Below, one piece after another: positions 47,475 through 57,162 of a DNA stretch of 64,000 nt (within the stretch, counting starts at the first letter, position 1; the number at the start of each line of letters is the position of its first letter). Position numbers and translations under genes: made by a program. Under the pieces are notes generated by a model. The model saw only the letters and a list, made by a program, of their open reading frames with translations. It was not told the DNA's origin and ran no database searches. Source of the DNA: an uncultured Alphaproteobacteria bacterium (GTDB lineage Bacteria; Pseudomonadota; Alphaproteobacteria; Acetobacterales; Acetobacteraceae); contig CAWBOZ010000008.1 of the NCBI GenBank assembly GCA_963790535.1, positions 55,591-119,590 of the forward strand, written 5' to 3'.

Positions 47475-48764
47475 CTAGTGCGTCTCGCAGGGGTGCTCGA
47501 TCACCTTCTGCTGCGCCATGTCCAGGCCGTTCAGGAAGTAGAGGAAGACGGGTGCGATGGTCTTCTTGTCGGTGCACCAGGCGACGCCCTCGGAGAGCGT
47601 CTGCGCGTCGCGATCATGGAACAGCTTGTTGCCAGCCGCGGGAATCCAGCCGCTGATCGTCTGCGGCGGGACCGGCATGGTCAGCATCGCTTGGTAGATC
47701 TTCTCGCGGTCCGACACGCTGCCTGCCCGCTTCATCGCCTCGACGACGACGAACGGCGCGTCATAGGCCCACATGGTCAGGTCGTCCGGATACTCGTGGA
47801 AGCGGGCGAGGTAGTCCTGGTAGAACGCTTTCGCGCCCGCCGTGTCGGTGGTCTCGGGCAGCGTGCCGGCGAAATCGTAGTTCTGCGCCATCACCTCGTT
47901 GTAGAGCTGCTCGCCGATGATCTGCTTCGCCTGCGTCGGCGTAGCACCCGAGTTGTGCACGACCGGCAGGTCGCGCACGCCCGCCTGGTAGAGCTGCTTC
48001 GCGACCGGCAGCACCTCCTGGGTGACGCCGCCGAGATAGATCGCATCGGGCTTCGCCGCCATCACGGTCTCGATGAAGGACGCGAAGTTCGTCGTCCCCG
48101 CCGGGTAGTTCACCGAGGCGACGACCTCGGCGCCGTAGGCGGCTGCGGCCTTCTTCACCCAGGTCTCGATGCCTGCCGAGTAGGGGTCGGCCGCTGAGCC
48201 GATGAAGCCGATGCGGGACTTATGGAGCACGTTCTTGAGGTAGTACACCGCGCCGGGCACGTAGGCGGGCGTGTCGGAGCGCAGCAGGAAGATGTGCTTG
48301 TTGACGTCGAGGATGCTCGGATAGGTGCTGTCGAGGATGTTCAGCACCGGCAGCGGATAGCGCTGGAAGAGCGAGCCGTAGTTGCGCGTGCCGTCGGCGA
48401 TCACCAGCACCGGGACCTGGTCAACCTGGGCGAGCTGGCGGTAGTCGGAGACGCCGACCGTCGCCGGGCTGGACTCGTCGTCGAGCACCTTCAGCTCCAG
48501 CGTGTAGTGCTGGCCGCCGACCTCGAAGCCGCCGGCACCGTTGATCTTCTCGACCGCCATCGTGATGGCGTTGCGCTCGGGCGGCCCGAGCGTCGAGAAG
48601 AGGCCCGAGAGCGGCAGGATCGCGCCGAACACGACCGGCTTGGCGGCCGGCTCCGCCGCGGCCGCAGGAGGCTGGGCGAGCGCCAACCCGAACGCCGCCG
48701 CGCCCGCGAGGAGTGCCGCGCGCTTCGCCAAGGAGGCAGCCGCGCCGCCGAGAGTCTTCATCAT
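47475..48764 (-). CDS. LivK-type ABC substrate-binding protein
   Basis: Signal peptide MMKTLGGAAASLAKRAALLAGAAAFGLALA, then VVFGAILPLSGLFSTLGPPERNAI. Confidence 0.85.
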   Translation of the reverse strand: MMKTLGGAAASLAKRAALLAGAAAFGLALAQPPAAAAEPAAKPVVFGAILPLSGLFSTLGPPERNAITMAVEKINGAGGFEVGGQHYTLELKVLDDESSPATVGVSDYRQLAQVDQVPVLVIADGTRNYGSLFQRYPLPVLNILDSTYPSILDVNKHIFLLRSDTPAYVPGAVYYLKNVLHKSRIGFIGSAADPYSAGIETWVKKAAAAYGAEVVASVNYPAGTTNFASFIETVMAAKPDAIYLGGVTQEVLPVAKQLYQAGVRDLPVVHNSGATPTQAKQIIGEQLYNEVMAQNYDFAGTLPETTDTAGAKAFYQDYLARFHEYPDDLTMWAYDAPFVVVEAMKRAGSVSDREKIYQAMLTMPVPPQTISGWIPAAGNKLFHDRDAQTLSEGVAWCTDKKTIAPVFLYFLNGLDMAQQKVIEHPCETH

Positions 48765-48813
48765 GTCCGTCCCGTTCCCCTCTGTTGTTCGGTTGCTTGC
48801 GCGGCGCCTGCGG

Positions 48814-49572
48814 TCAGCGCCCGGCGATCGAGCGGACGAAGCGCACCGCCGCGTCCGCGATCAGCGGCGCGTCATGGTCGAGCGTCGCGACGTGATACGA
48901 GTTCTCCAGCCAGAGCTGCTCGACCCGCGCCGCGCCGATCCGCGTCGCGATGATCCCTGCGTTCAGCGGCGGCACGACGTGGTCCTCGCGCGACGTGATC
49001 ACGAGCGTCGGGCAGGTGATGCGGGGCAGCATGGTGCGCGTGACGCCGACCAGTGCGTGAATCTCGGCGAAACAGGCGACCGGCACCTCCGCGTAGGCGA
49101 GTTCGCGGCTCGCCGGGTCCTTGATGTCCGAGCCGATGCCGGGAACCGTCGCGGGCGCCGCAGGGTCGAAGGCGAGCGCCGCCATGTCCATGCCACCGAT
49201 CTCGACGCACCCGTTGATCGGGATCGCGCCGGCGACCGCGTCCGCGTGCTTGGCCGCGAGATAGAGCGTGAGCGTTCCGCCCATCGAGAGGCCGGTGACG
49301 AAGACCTGGCGGCAGCGCGCGCGCAGGTCGGCGAACGCTTGCTCGGCGGAGGCGACCCAGTCGCGCGCGCCGGTTTTCGCCATCGCCGCCGGCGAGATGC
49401 CGTGGCCGGCGAGACGTGGGCCGCTCACCGTGTAGCCCGCTTGAGCCAGCGCCGCGCCGAGGGGGCGCATGCTCTGCGTTGAGCCGGTGAAGCCATGCAC
49501 GACGAGGACGCCGATCTCGTTGCCTTCGTGGAAGAACGGCTCGGCGCCAGGCAGAATCGGTCCGTCGCTCAC
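48814..49572 (-). CDS. alpha/beta hydrolase (carboxylesterase / lysophospholipase-like)
   Basis: GTG 49572 after GGAGGGAGG. GVLVVHGFTGS..VFVTGLSMGGTLTL..SREDHVV..SYHVATLD (Ser-Asp-His). Confidence 0.8.
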   Translation of the reverse strand: MSDGPILPGAEPFFHEGNEIGVLVVHGFTGSTQSMRPLGAALAQAGYTVSGPRLAGHGISPAAMAKTGARDWVASAEQAFADLRARCRQVFVTGLSMGGTLTLYLAAKHADAVAGAIPINGCVEIGGMDMAALAFDPAAPATVPGIGSDIKDPASRELAYAEVPVACFAEIHALVGVTRTMLPRITCPTLVITSREDHVVPPLNAGIIATRIGAARVEQLWLENSYHVATLDHDAPLIADAAVRFVRSIAGR

Positions 49573-49690
49573 GTCACCTCCCTCCGTCGTGCGCAAGCCG
49601 CCGACGGTTGCAGGCGTGCATTGCGCCGCGGAGGGGCTACCGAGTCAAGGCGCTGAGCAGGCGGGGAAGCGACGGGACTTCAACCCTCGC

Positions 49691-51016
49691 TTACGCGCGC
49701 GCCGCCGCGCTCAGCTCCTCCAGGCTCCGCCCCTTCGTTTCCGGCAGCATCCAGAGCGTCACGACCAAGCCCAGTACGCTCGCGGCGGCCGCGGCCAGCT
49801 CGGCCGTGAGCAGGCCGTGCCAGGCCATCAGCAGGGGAAACGTGAACACGCCCACGAAGCCGCCGACCTTGCCCGTCGCCGCCGCGATGCCGTGCCCGGT
49901 CGTGCGGGTCTCCACCGGGAAGATCTCCGCCGGATAGACGAACGTCGTCGCGTTCGGCCCGAACTCGGTGAAGAAGTAGCTGATGCCGTAGATGACCAGG
50001 AACGGGAAGATGAGCTTCTCGACGCCCGGGATCAGCGCCATCGCCAGGAAGCTGCCCGCCATCATCGCGAAACCGAGGATCTGGATCGGCTTGCGTCCCA
50101 TCCGGTCCATCATCGCCGCCGCCACGAAGTAGCCCGGCACCGCCGCTGCGGCGAACACCGCGAGTTGCGTCAGCGTCTCGGTGAGCAAGCTCGCCTTGGG
50201 CGAGAGCGCGTGCAGCACCATCGGGCTGCTCACCGTGTTGCCGTAGTAGGCGAAATCCATCAATCCCCAGGCCAGGCTTGCCCCGAGGAGACGCAGCCGC
50301 AGGTCCCGCCGGCTCAGGAGCGCGTGGAAGCCTTTGGAGAAGCCTGCCTTCTCAGTCTCCTTCCGCTGCGATTGCGCGTGCTGGTAGCGCGGGCTCTCCC
50401 CGAGATGCCGCCGCATCTGGAACACCGCGAGCGCCGGCACCGCGCCGAACGCCAGCAGCAACCGCCAGACGATGTCGTGCCTCAGGCCCGACCACAGGAG
50501 CGTCGCCGCCAGGAGCGGCCCGACGATCAGGCCTGCCGCCTGCATCGCGAACACCAGCGACACCATCATGCCGCGCGACTTCTTGCCTGCGTACTCGCTC
50601 ATGAGCGTGGCGCTCACCGGGTAGTCGCCCCCGATGCCGACGCCGAGGATGACCCGGAAGCCGATCAGCCACCAGATGTTCGGCGAGAACGCGGACGCGA
50701 TGGCGCCGGCGGCGAGCACGAGCACCTCGTAGCCGTAGATGCGCTTGCGCCCGAGCATGTCCGCGACGCGCCCGAACAGCACCGCGCCCACCGCCGAGGC
50801 GAGGAGCGCCGTCGAGGTGACAAGGCCGACCGCCAGCGGCGACGGGTGCCACTCCCCCTTCAGGATGTTCATCACTACGCCGATGATGAACAGGTCGTAG
50901 GCGTCGCAGAAGAAGCCCATGCCGGAGATGAACATGATCTTCCACTGCTCACGCGTGACGCCGGAGGCGTCCAGGTGCGCGAACTGGTCCGCGTTGGTGT
51001 CCGCCGTGACCGACAT
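49691..51016 (-). CDS. MFS transporter, Pho84-like phosphate:H+ symporter family
   Basis: ATG 51016 gives MSVTADTNADQFAHLD..GMGFFCDAYDLFIIGV..GRVADMLGRKRIYG..GIGGDYPVSATLMSEYA..PETKGRSLEEL. Confidence 0.8.
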   Translation of the reverse strand: MSVTADTNADQFAHLDASGVTREQWKIMFISGMGFFCDAYDLFIIGVVMNILKGEWHPSPLAVGLVTSTALLASAVGAVLFGRVADMLGRKRIYGYEVLVLAAGAIASAFSPNIWWLIGFRVILGVGIGGDYPVSATLMSEYAGKKSRGMMVSLVFAMQAAGLIVGPLLAATLLWSGLRHDIVWRLLLAFGAVPALAVFQMRRHLGESPRYQHAQSQRKETEKAGFSKGFHALLSRRDLRLRLLGASLAWGLMDFAYYGNTVSSPMVLHALSPKASLLTETLTQLAVFAAAAVPGYFVAAAMMDRMGRKPIQILGFAMMAGSFLAMALIPGVEKLIFPFLVIYGISYFFTEFGPNATTFVYPAEIFPVETRTTGHGIAAATGKVGGFVGVFTFPLLMAWHGLLTAELAAAAASVLGLVVTLWMLPETKGRSLEELSAAARA

Positions 51017-51101
51017 CGTTGCCCCCCTCTGGTCGTAGATCTGAGGCAGCGAATACCGGGCTGGTTCGGGGGCGGTGCATGAAGGTTTTGCGGCAATCCC
51101 G

Positions 51102-52886
51102 TCAGAGAGGCGCACAAGCGCGCTCCAGCCATGCGCGCGCGTCCTCCTCCAACCCGGAACCGACCTCGGCCAGCACCCTCGCGTGATAGCCGTCGAGCCA
51201 AGCGCGCTCCTCCGCGGTGAGCAGCCCCGGCTCGATGAGTTTCCGGTCGAGCGGCGCCAGCGTCAGCGTCTCGAAGCGGAGGAACGGCTTGCGCGCGCCT
51301 AGCCCCTCGGCCGCCTGCACCAGCAGCAAGTTCTCCAGCCTGATCCCGTAGGCGCCCGGCTCGTAGTAGCCGGGCTCGTCGGACAGGATCATCCCTGGCG
51401 CCAGAGGCACGACGCGCCCGGCGCGGGACAGGCTCGCCGGCCCCTCGTGAACCGATAAGTAGCTCCCGACGCCGTGCCCGGTCCCGTGATCGTAGTCCAG
51501 CCCAGCCTGCCACAGCGCGCGCCGGGCGAAGGCCTCGAGGTGCGGGCCGCTCACGCCCTCAGGGAAGCGCAGCGTCGCCAGGGCGATGTGACCCTGCAGG
51601 ACGCGGGTGAACCGCTCGCGCAGAGCGGCCGGCGGCGTGCCGGGGCCGGTCCAGACGGTGCGGGTCACGTCCGTGGTGCCGTCGAGGTACTGGGCGCCGG
51701 AGTCGATCAGGTACACTTCGTCGGGCCGGATCGGGCGGTCGCTCTCCGGGGTGACGCGGTAGTGGATGATCGCGCCGTGCTCGCCGGCGCCGGAAATCGC
51801 GGGGAAGCTCTCGCCCTGGAACAAGGGCTGCTCGGTGCGGAAGGCAAGCAGGCGCGCGGCGGCGCTCATCTCGGTTTCGCGCCCCGCCGCACCTTCCAGC
51901 CAATGCAGGAAGCGGCAGAGGGCGACGGCGTCGCGGGCGTGCGCGGCGCGGGTGCCGTCCTGCTCGGTCGGGTTCTTCGCGGCCTTGGGCAGAAGACAGG
52001 GATCGCTCCCGGACACCGGCTCCGCGCCAGCTGCGCGCAGCGTCTGGGCGAACCAGCCGGGCGAGCCAGCCGGGTCCACCCGCACGCGACGGCCCGCGAG
52101 CGCGGCGAGGGCGGCCGGGAGGTCGGCTGGGTCCCGCGCCTCGACCGCGTTGCCGAGCCAGGCGCGGGTCTCGGGGCCGAGCTTCGCCGGGTCCATGAAC
52201 AGGGCCACGTGTCCGTCCGCGTGAACGAGGGCGAAGCCGAGGGCGAGCGGCGTGTAGGGCACGTCGTTGCCGCGGATATTGAGCAGCCATGCGATGCTGG
52301 CCGGATCGGTGATCACGGCCGCGTCCTGGCCCGCCTTGCGCAGCGCCGCCGCGATCTCGGCGCGCTTCTCGGCGGAGCTTCGCCCGGCGTAGGCGAGCGG
52401 CTGTGGCACGGCCGGTGAGCGGGGCGGCGCTGGGCGGTCGCGCCACACTTCATCCACCGGATTCGCGGCGAGCGGGACGAGAAGCAGCCCGGCGTCCGCG
52501 TAGGGACGCAACCCGTCCTCGCTGTGCAGCCACGGGCTGTAGCCGATGCGCGCGCCCGGCGCCGTGGCGGCGAGCCAGGGCGCGGGCGGCTCCTCGGTCA
52601 GATGATGGTGCTCGAAGAGCGCGGAATCGGCCTGCTCGGCGAGCTGCAAGGTGTAGCGCCCATCGGCGAACACCGCGGCACGGTCGCGCAGCACGACGGC
52701 CAGGCCGGCGCTGCCCGTGAAGCCCGTGAGCCACGCGAGGCGCTCGGCGCCGGGCGGCACGTATTCACCTAGGTGCTCGTCCGCACGCGGCACGAGGAAG
52801 CCGTCAACGGCCTGGCGGTCGAGGATCGTGCGCATGGCGGTGAGCCGCCCGGCGTGGGCTTCGGTTGGAACAGGTCTAGTTGTCAC
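51102..52886 (-). CDS. pepP: aminopeptidase P family protein (M24B, Xaa-Pro)
   Basis: 594 aa. YLIDSGAQYLDGTTDVTRT..YDHGTGHGVGSYLSVHE..ILSDEPGYY..IRLENL metal-binding motifs. Confidence 0.85.
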   Translation of the reverse strand: MTTRPVPTEAHAGRLTAMRTILDRQAVDGFLVPRADEHLGEYVPPGAERLAWLTGFTGSAGLAVVLRDRAAVFADGRYTLQLAEQADSALFEHHHLTEEPPAPWLAATAPGARIGYSPWLHSEDGLRPYADAGLLLVPLAANPVDEVWRDRPAPPRSPAVPQPLAYAGRSSAEKRAEIAAALRKAGQDAAVITDPASIAWLLNIRGNDVPYTPLALGFALVHADGHVALFMDPAKLGPETRAWLGNAVEARDPADLPAALAALAGRRVRVDPAGSPGWFAQTLRAAGAEPVSGSDPCLLPKAAKNPTEQDGTRAAHARDAVALCRFLHWLEGAAGRETEMSAAARLLAFRTEQPLFQGESFPAISGAGEHGAIIHYRVTPESDRPIRPDEVYLIDSGAQYLDGTTDVTRTVWTGPGTPPAALRERFTRVLQGHIALATLRFPEGVSGPHLEAFARRALWQAGLDYDHGTGHGVGSYLSVHEGPASLSRAGRVVPLAPGMILSDEPGYYEPGAYGIRLENLLLVQAAEGLGARKPFLRFETLTLAPLDRKLIEPGLLTAEERAWLDGYHARVLAEVGSGLEEDARAWLERACAPL

Positions 52887-52914
52887 ATAATTCTCACATA
52901 ACTGTTAACATAGT

Positions 52915-52931
52915 CATGCGTCAGACGCATG
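52915..52931. promoter_or_regulatory. 17-bp perfect palindrome in the pepP / DUF1127 divergent spacer (possible operator)
   Basis: CATGCGTC-A-GACGCATG. Nearby direct repeat TCACATAA at 52883 and 52894, in the only AT-rich stretch of this region. Confidence 0.3.
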
Positions 52932-53028
52932 GCTGCGGGAGAGAAGCAACGCGAGCATTGTGCAGTGCAACATGAGATATCAGCCCGTGACGGCGTCGAG
53001 AGCGCCGAGCGACGAAAAGGATAAGACG

Positions 53029-53337
53029 ATGAACGCTCCGCTTAGCAAGGAGCAACTTGCACGGCTCATGGACGCCAACCTGGCGTACCATGGTCAGTAT
53101 GTCCCGGAGCTGAACGCCCCGGTCGCAGTCCCCGCCCGAGACGGCCGAGCCAATGGCGCGTCCCGGTGGCTGGGCGGCATAAACGCGTGGATCAAGGCGC
53201 ATCGTGAGCGCCGGGCCGTGATGAACGAGCTGGCCCAGCTCTCGGATCGTGAGCTGGCCGATATCGGGCTGAGCCGCGGACAGCTGTGGCGCGTGTTCGA
53301 CCCCGAGTTCGCGCGTGACCACGGCGTGCAAGCTTAG
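53029..53337 (+). CDS. DUF1127 domain-containing protein
   Basis: ATG 53029 after AAGGA. C-terminal VMNELAQLSDRELADIGLSRGQL is the DUF1127 signature. Confidence 0.7.
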   Translation: MNAPLSKEQLARLMDANLAYHGQYVPELNAPVAVPARDGRANGASRWLGGINAWIKAHRERRAVMNELAQLSDRELADIGLSRGQLWRVFDPEFARDHGVQA

Positions 53338-54254
53338 TTCCGAGGCCGGGCAGGCGATCTAGCCTGCCCGGCTTTCCGGACGATCAACGTCGTCCACCCC
53401 CCTTCCCTCACGACCCGTTCGAGCCGCAGTCCTTGTCGCCGGTGCGCCGCGAGTACCATGCGGGCCTGCGACGCGAGCAACCCCGACAGGATCACCCTCC
53501 CACCCGGCGCTAGATTGAGGGCGAGGTTGCGCGCCATGGCGCAGAGCGGGCGCGCAAGGATGTTGGCGAACACCAGATCGTAGGGTGCACCCGCGCGCAC
53601 CAGGCGGCCGTGCCAACCTGGCGAGAGCACCGTCCTAACGAACGGTGCGACCTGGTTCAGCCGGGCGTTCTGCCCGGCGACGCGCACGGCCCACGGCTCG
53701 ATGTCCGTTCCCAGCACCGGGCGGCGCAGCAGCTTCGCAGCAGCGACGGCGAGGATGCCGGAGCCGGTGCCGAGATCGAGCACCCGACACGGAGGTCGCC
53801 TCCGCGCCGCTACTTCTAGCGCGCGTAGGCAGCCTCGCGTCGAGCCATGCTCCCCCGAGCCGAACGCGACTCCAGCGTCGAGCCGCAGTAGGATGCGGCC
53901 AGGCGGAGCCTCGGCGTCCAGGTGCGTGCCGTGCACCGCGAAGCGGCGGCCGACGCGCTGCTCGGGGAATGCGGCCTGGGTGCGCGCAAGCCAGCCCTCC
54001 GCCTCGACCGGCTCGCGCCGCAGCGTCGCCTCGATCCCGCTCGCGGCGGCAGCGAGCGCGAGGGCGGCGGTGAGTGATCCCTCGTCCACGCTGGCCTCGC
54101 GCACGCCCTCGACGCGCCAAATGCCGCGCGGCTCGTCGGCGAAGAAGAAGCCCACGGCGTCGCAGACGGACGACAGCGCAGCCTCGTAGGCCTCGACGGC
54201 GCCTTCTGGAACTTCGACCCAGACTTGCTCCAACGCCGCGACGCTTCTCTTCAT
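53334..54254 (-). CDS. prmA: ribosomal protein L11 methyltransferase
   Basis: ATG 54254 gives MKRSVAALEQVWVEVP..FGSGEHGSTRGCL..VLDLGTGSGILAVAAAKL..DLVFANILARPL. Confidence 0.8.
   Translation of the reverse strand: MKRSVAALEQVWVEVPEGAVEAYEAALSSVCDAVGFFFADEPRGIWRVEGVREASVDEGSLTAALALAAAASGIEATLRREPVEAEGWLARTQAAFPEQRVGRRFAVHGTHLDAEAPPGRILLRLDAGVAFGSGEHGSTRGCLRALEVAARRRPPCRVLDLGTGSGILAVAAAKLLRRPVLGTDIEPWAVRVAGQNARLNQVAPFVRTVLSPGWHGRLVRAGAPYDLVFANILARPLCAMARNLALNLAPGGRVILSGLLASQARMVLAAHRRQGLRLERVVREGGWTTLIVRKAGQARSPARPRN
53345..53375 (+). terminator. 11-bp-stem hairpin followed by TTT (terminator of the DUF1127 gene; overlaps the prmA tail)
   Basis: GCCGGGCAGGC-GATCTA-GCCTGCCCGGC-TTT. Confidence 0.5.
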
Positions 54255-54264
54255 GCCTTGGGTT

Positions 54265-56451
54265 TCACGCCGGCTCCACGAACAATTCGAGCAGTCGCTT
54301 CGTGCCCGCCTTCTCGAACTCGACCTCGACGCGGTCGTCCTCGACAGCACGCACAGTGCCGTAGCCGAACTTCTGATGGAACACGCGGGTGCCGACCGGG
54401 AGCGCCAACTCGCGCGCCGGGCGGGCGGGCTGCTCCCAGGCGTCGATAATCCGCGGGCGGCGTGCTGCGAGCGGGCCGGCGGTGAATACGCTCGGCGCCA
54501 TCGTGACCCGGCGCTCGCGCTCAAGTGCTGCCGAGCCGGCGCGCTCCACGTGCTCGTCCGGCAACTCGTCGAGGAAGCGGCTCGGGATGCTCGATTGCCA
54601 GTTGGCGTAGATGCGGCGGTTCGCGACGTGGCTGACGATGGCGCGCTTACGGGCGCGGGTCAGGCCCACGTAGGCCAGCCGCCGCTCCTCTTCCAGGCTC
54701 TTGGCGCCGCCCTCGTCGAGCGCGCGCTGGTTGGGGAACAGGCCTTCCTCCCATCCCGGCAGGAACACGGTGTCGAACTCCAGGCCCTTCGCGGCGTGCA
54801 GCGTCATCAGCGACAGGCGGTCGCCCTCCGCGCCTTCCTCGTTCTCCATGACGAGCGAGACGTGGTCGAGGAAGCCGGCCAGGCTCTCGAAATCGGCGAG
54901 CGCGCGGATCAGCTCCTTGAGGTTCTCCAGCCGCCCTGGCGCCTCGGCCGACTTGTCCTGGCGCCACATCTCCGTGTAGCCGCTCTCGTCGAGCATGGCC
55001 GCGACAGTGGCGACGTGGCCGTCGCGCGGCAGCATGGCGCGCCAGCGGCGGAAACCCTCGAACAGCTGGTTCAGCGCCTCGCGGGGCTTGCCCTTGAGGC
55101 CGCCAGTCGTCGCGAGCTGCTCGGCCGCGGCGGCGAGCGGCATCGGCCCTGTCCGCGCCGCGCCGTGCATGGCCCGCAGCGCCACGTCGCCAATTCCGCG
55201 GCGGGGCGTGTTGGCGATGCGCTCGAAGGCGAGGTCGTCGCTGGGCTGGTGCAGGATGCGCATGTAGGCGACGGCGTCGCGGATCTCGGCGCGCTCGTAG
55301 AACCGCAAGCCGCCCACGACGCGGTAGGGAATGCCGATCTGGAACAGCCGCTCCTCGAAGGCGCGGGTCTGGAAGCCGGCGCGGACGAGCACGGCCATCT
55401 CCGCGAGCGCGTGGCCGTCGCGGCGCAAGGTCTCCACGCGCTCACCGACCATGCGCGCCTCCTCGTCCGAGTCCCACAACGCCACGATCGCGACGCGCTC
55501 ACCGGCGGCGTCGTTGCGCCCTGGGCGCAGCGTCTTGCCGAGCCGCCCCTCGTTATGCGCGATCAGCCCCGAGGCCGCGGCGAGGATGGGCGCGGTGCTG
55601 CGGTAGTTGCTTTCGAGACGGATGATCGTAGCACCTGGGAAGTCCTTCTCGAAGCGGAGGATGTTCTCTACCTCGGCGCCTCGCCACGAGTAGATTGATT
55701 GATCATCATCTCCCACGCAACAGATGTTGCGATGGCCTTGGGCGAGGAGACGGAGCCATAGGTATTGAACAGTATTCGTGTCCTGATACTCATCCACCAA
55801 GATATACCGGAACATGCGGTGATACTGCGCCAGCACGTCGGGCTGGGTGCGCAGGATCTCGGTCATGTGCAGCAGCAGGTCGCCGAAATCCACCGTGTTA
55901 AGCTGGCGCAGGCGTTCCTGATAGCTTGCATACGAGGCCCGCGACTGCCCTCCCGCGAAGTCGCCCTCTTCGCTGAGCGGCACGCGGTCGTGCGTGATCC
56001 CGCGGTCCTTCCAGCGCTGGATCATGCCCATCAGCGCCTGCGGCGGCCAGCGCTTGAGGTCGAGACGCGCGGCCTCCATCACCTGCTTGAGTAGGCGGAG
56101 CTGGTCGTCGGAGTCTAGGATCGTGAAGCCGGAGGTGAGGCCGACGAGCTCGGCGTGCCGCCGCAGCATCCGGGCGCAGAGGGCGTGGAACGTGCCGAGC
56201 CACAGCCCCTCCGCCGGGCGGCCGAGGAGGGCGGAGACGCGTTCACGCATCTCGCGGGCAGCCTTGTTCGTGAAGGTCACGGCGAGGACTTGGTTGGGAA
56301 AGGCCCGGCCCGTGAGCAGGATATGGGCGAAGCGCGTCGTGAGCACGCGGGTCTTGCCCGTCCCGGCGCCGGCGAGGACCAACACCGGGCCATCCACGGC
56401 CTCGACGGCCTCGCGCTGCTCCGCGTTGAGGCGGGCGAGGTAGGTGGTCAC
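54265..56451 (-). CDS. uvrD: ATP-dependent DNA helicase UvrD/PcrA family (housekeeping type)
   Basis: GTG 56451 gives (M)TTYLARLNAEQREAVEAVDGPVLVLAGAGTGKTRVLT..VTFTNKAAREM..ILVDEYQDTN..LEYVGLTRA-like YVGLTRARK. C-terminal FHQKFGYGTV. Confidence 0.85.
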   Translation of the reverse strand: MTTYLARLNAEQREAVEAVDGPVLVLAGAGTGKTRVLTTRFAHILLTGRAFPNQVLAVTFTNKAAREMRERVSALLGRPAEGLWLGTFHALCARMLRRHAELVGLTSGFTILDSDDQLRLLKQVMEAARLDLKRWPPQALMGMIQRWKDRGITHDRVPLSEEGDFAGGQSRASYASYQERLRQLNTVDFGDLLLHMTEILRTQPDVLAQYHRMFRYILVDEYQDTNTVQYLWLRLLAQGHRNICCVGDDDQSIYSWRGAEVENILRFEKDFPGATIIRLESNYRSTAPILAAASGLIAHNEGRLGKTLRPGRNDAAGERVAIVALWDSDEEARMVGERVETLRRDGHALAEMAVLVRAGFQTRAFEERLFQIGIPYRVVGGLRFYERAEIRDAVAYMRILHQPSDDLAFERIANTPRRGIGDVALRAMHGAARTGPMPLAAAAEQLATTGGLKGKPREALNQLFEGFRRWRAMLPRDGHVATVAAMLDESGYTEMWRQDKSAEAPGRLENLKELIRALADFESLAGFLDHVSLVMENEEGAEGDRLSLMTLHAAKGLEFDTVFLPGWEEGLFPNQRALDEGGAKSLEEERRLAYVGLTRARKRAIVSHVANRRIYANWQSSIPSRFLDELPDEHVERAGSAALERERRVTMAPSVFTAGPLAARRPRIIDAWEQPARPARELALPVGTRVFHQKFGYGTVRAVEDDRVEVEFEKAGTKRLLELFVEPA

Positions 56452-56559
56452 GGTGGGGTGGAGGGCGGCGTCATGGAGGGGATATGGACGCGGTTGCGGA
56501 CGAGGCCAACCCGGCGCGGGCGCTTGCGACCCGCGGGAGCCTCGGGGTAGCCTGCCTGG

Positions 56560-57159
56560 ATGGGCATCCAGCTCCCGCCTAGCGGCACCCCGGCGCTGCT
56601 CCGCATCACGGCAGAACAGCTCGAAACCATGGCGGCGCGGGGCGCCTTCGACTTTCTGCCGCGCGTCGAACTGCGCGAAGGCTTGCTCTACCAAATGAAC
56701 CCGCAGCACTTCCCGCACGGCATCGCGAAAGCCGACGTGACCGAGGCCCTGGTCGCTGCGTTGACACGCCTGAACCTCTCCTTACGCGTCCTCTCCGAAG
56801 TTTCGGTCCGCGTGAGTGAAACCGAGGTGCCGATGCCGGACGTCTCCCTCGTGCGGCGCGCTCGCTATCCCGCTGCCGTCCCGGTCGAGCACGTTCGGCT
56901 CGCAGTCGAGATTTCTGACACCACGCTCGCCGACGATCTTGGCCGCAAGCGCACCCTATACGCTCTCGGCGGCATCCCCGAATACTGGGTCGTTGACCTC
57001 TCTGCGCGCGTGATCTCCCAGCACTGGTCGCCAGATGGCGGTACTTACGCGAAGTCGGCCGTCGTGCCGTTCGGTGACGACATCGCGTCGGCGACGCTGC
57101 CAGGGTTGGTCACTCCGACGGCCGCGCTCCGTGACGACAGCGACGATGGCCTCACATAG
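56560..57159 (+). CDS. Uma2-family (DUF820) putative endonuclease
   Basis: PMPDVSLV..LAVEISDTTLADDLGRKRTLYALGGIPEYWVVDL. Confidence 0.75.
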   Translation: MGIQLPPSGTPALLRITAEQLETMAARGAFDFLPRVELREGLLYQMNPQHFPHGIAKADVTEALVAALTRLNLSLRVLSEVSVRVSETEVPMPDVSLVRRARYPAAVPVEHVRLAVEISDTTLADDLGRKRTLYALGGIPEYWVVDLSARVISQHWSPDGGTYAKSAVVPFGDDIASATLPGLVTPTAALRDDSDDGLT

Positions 57160-57162
57160 GCG

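Noticed and set aside
54265-57159. The UvrD-family helicase next to a Uma2 nuclease might be a Gabija/Hachiman-like defence pair.
   Set aside because: The genes are divergently transcribed. The helicase has the housekeeping UvrD architecture and sits among prmA and metF. Uma2 genes are common solitary genes.
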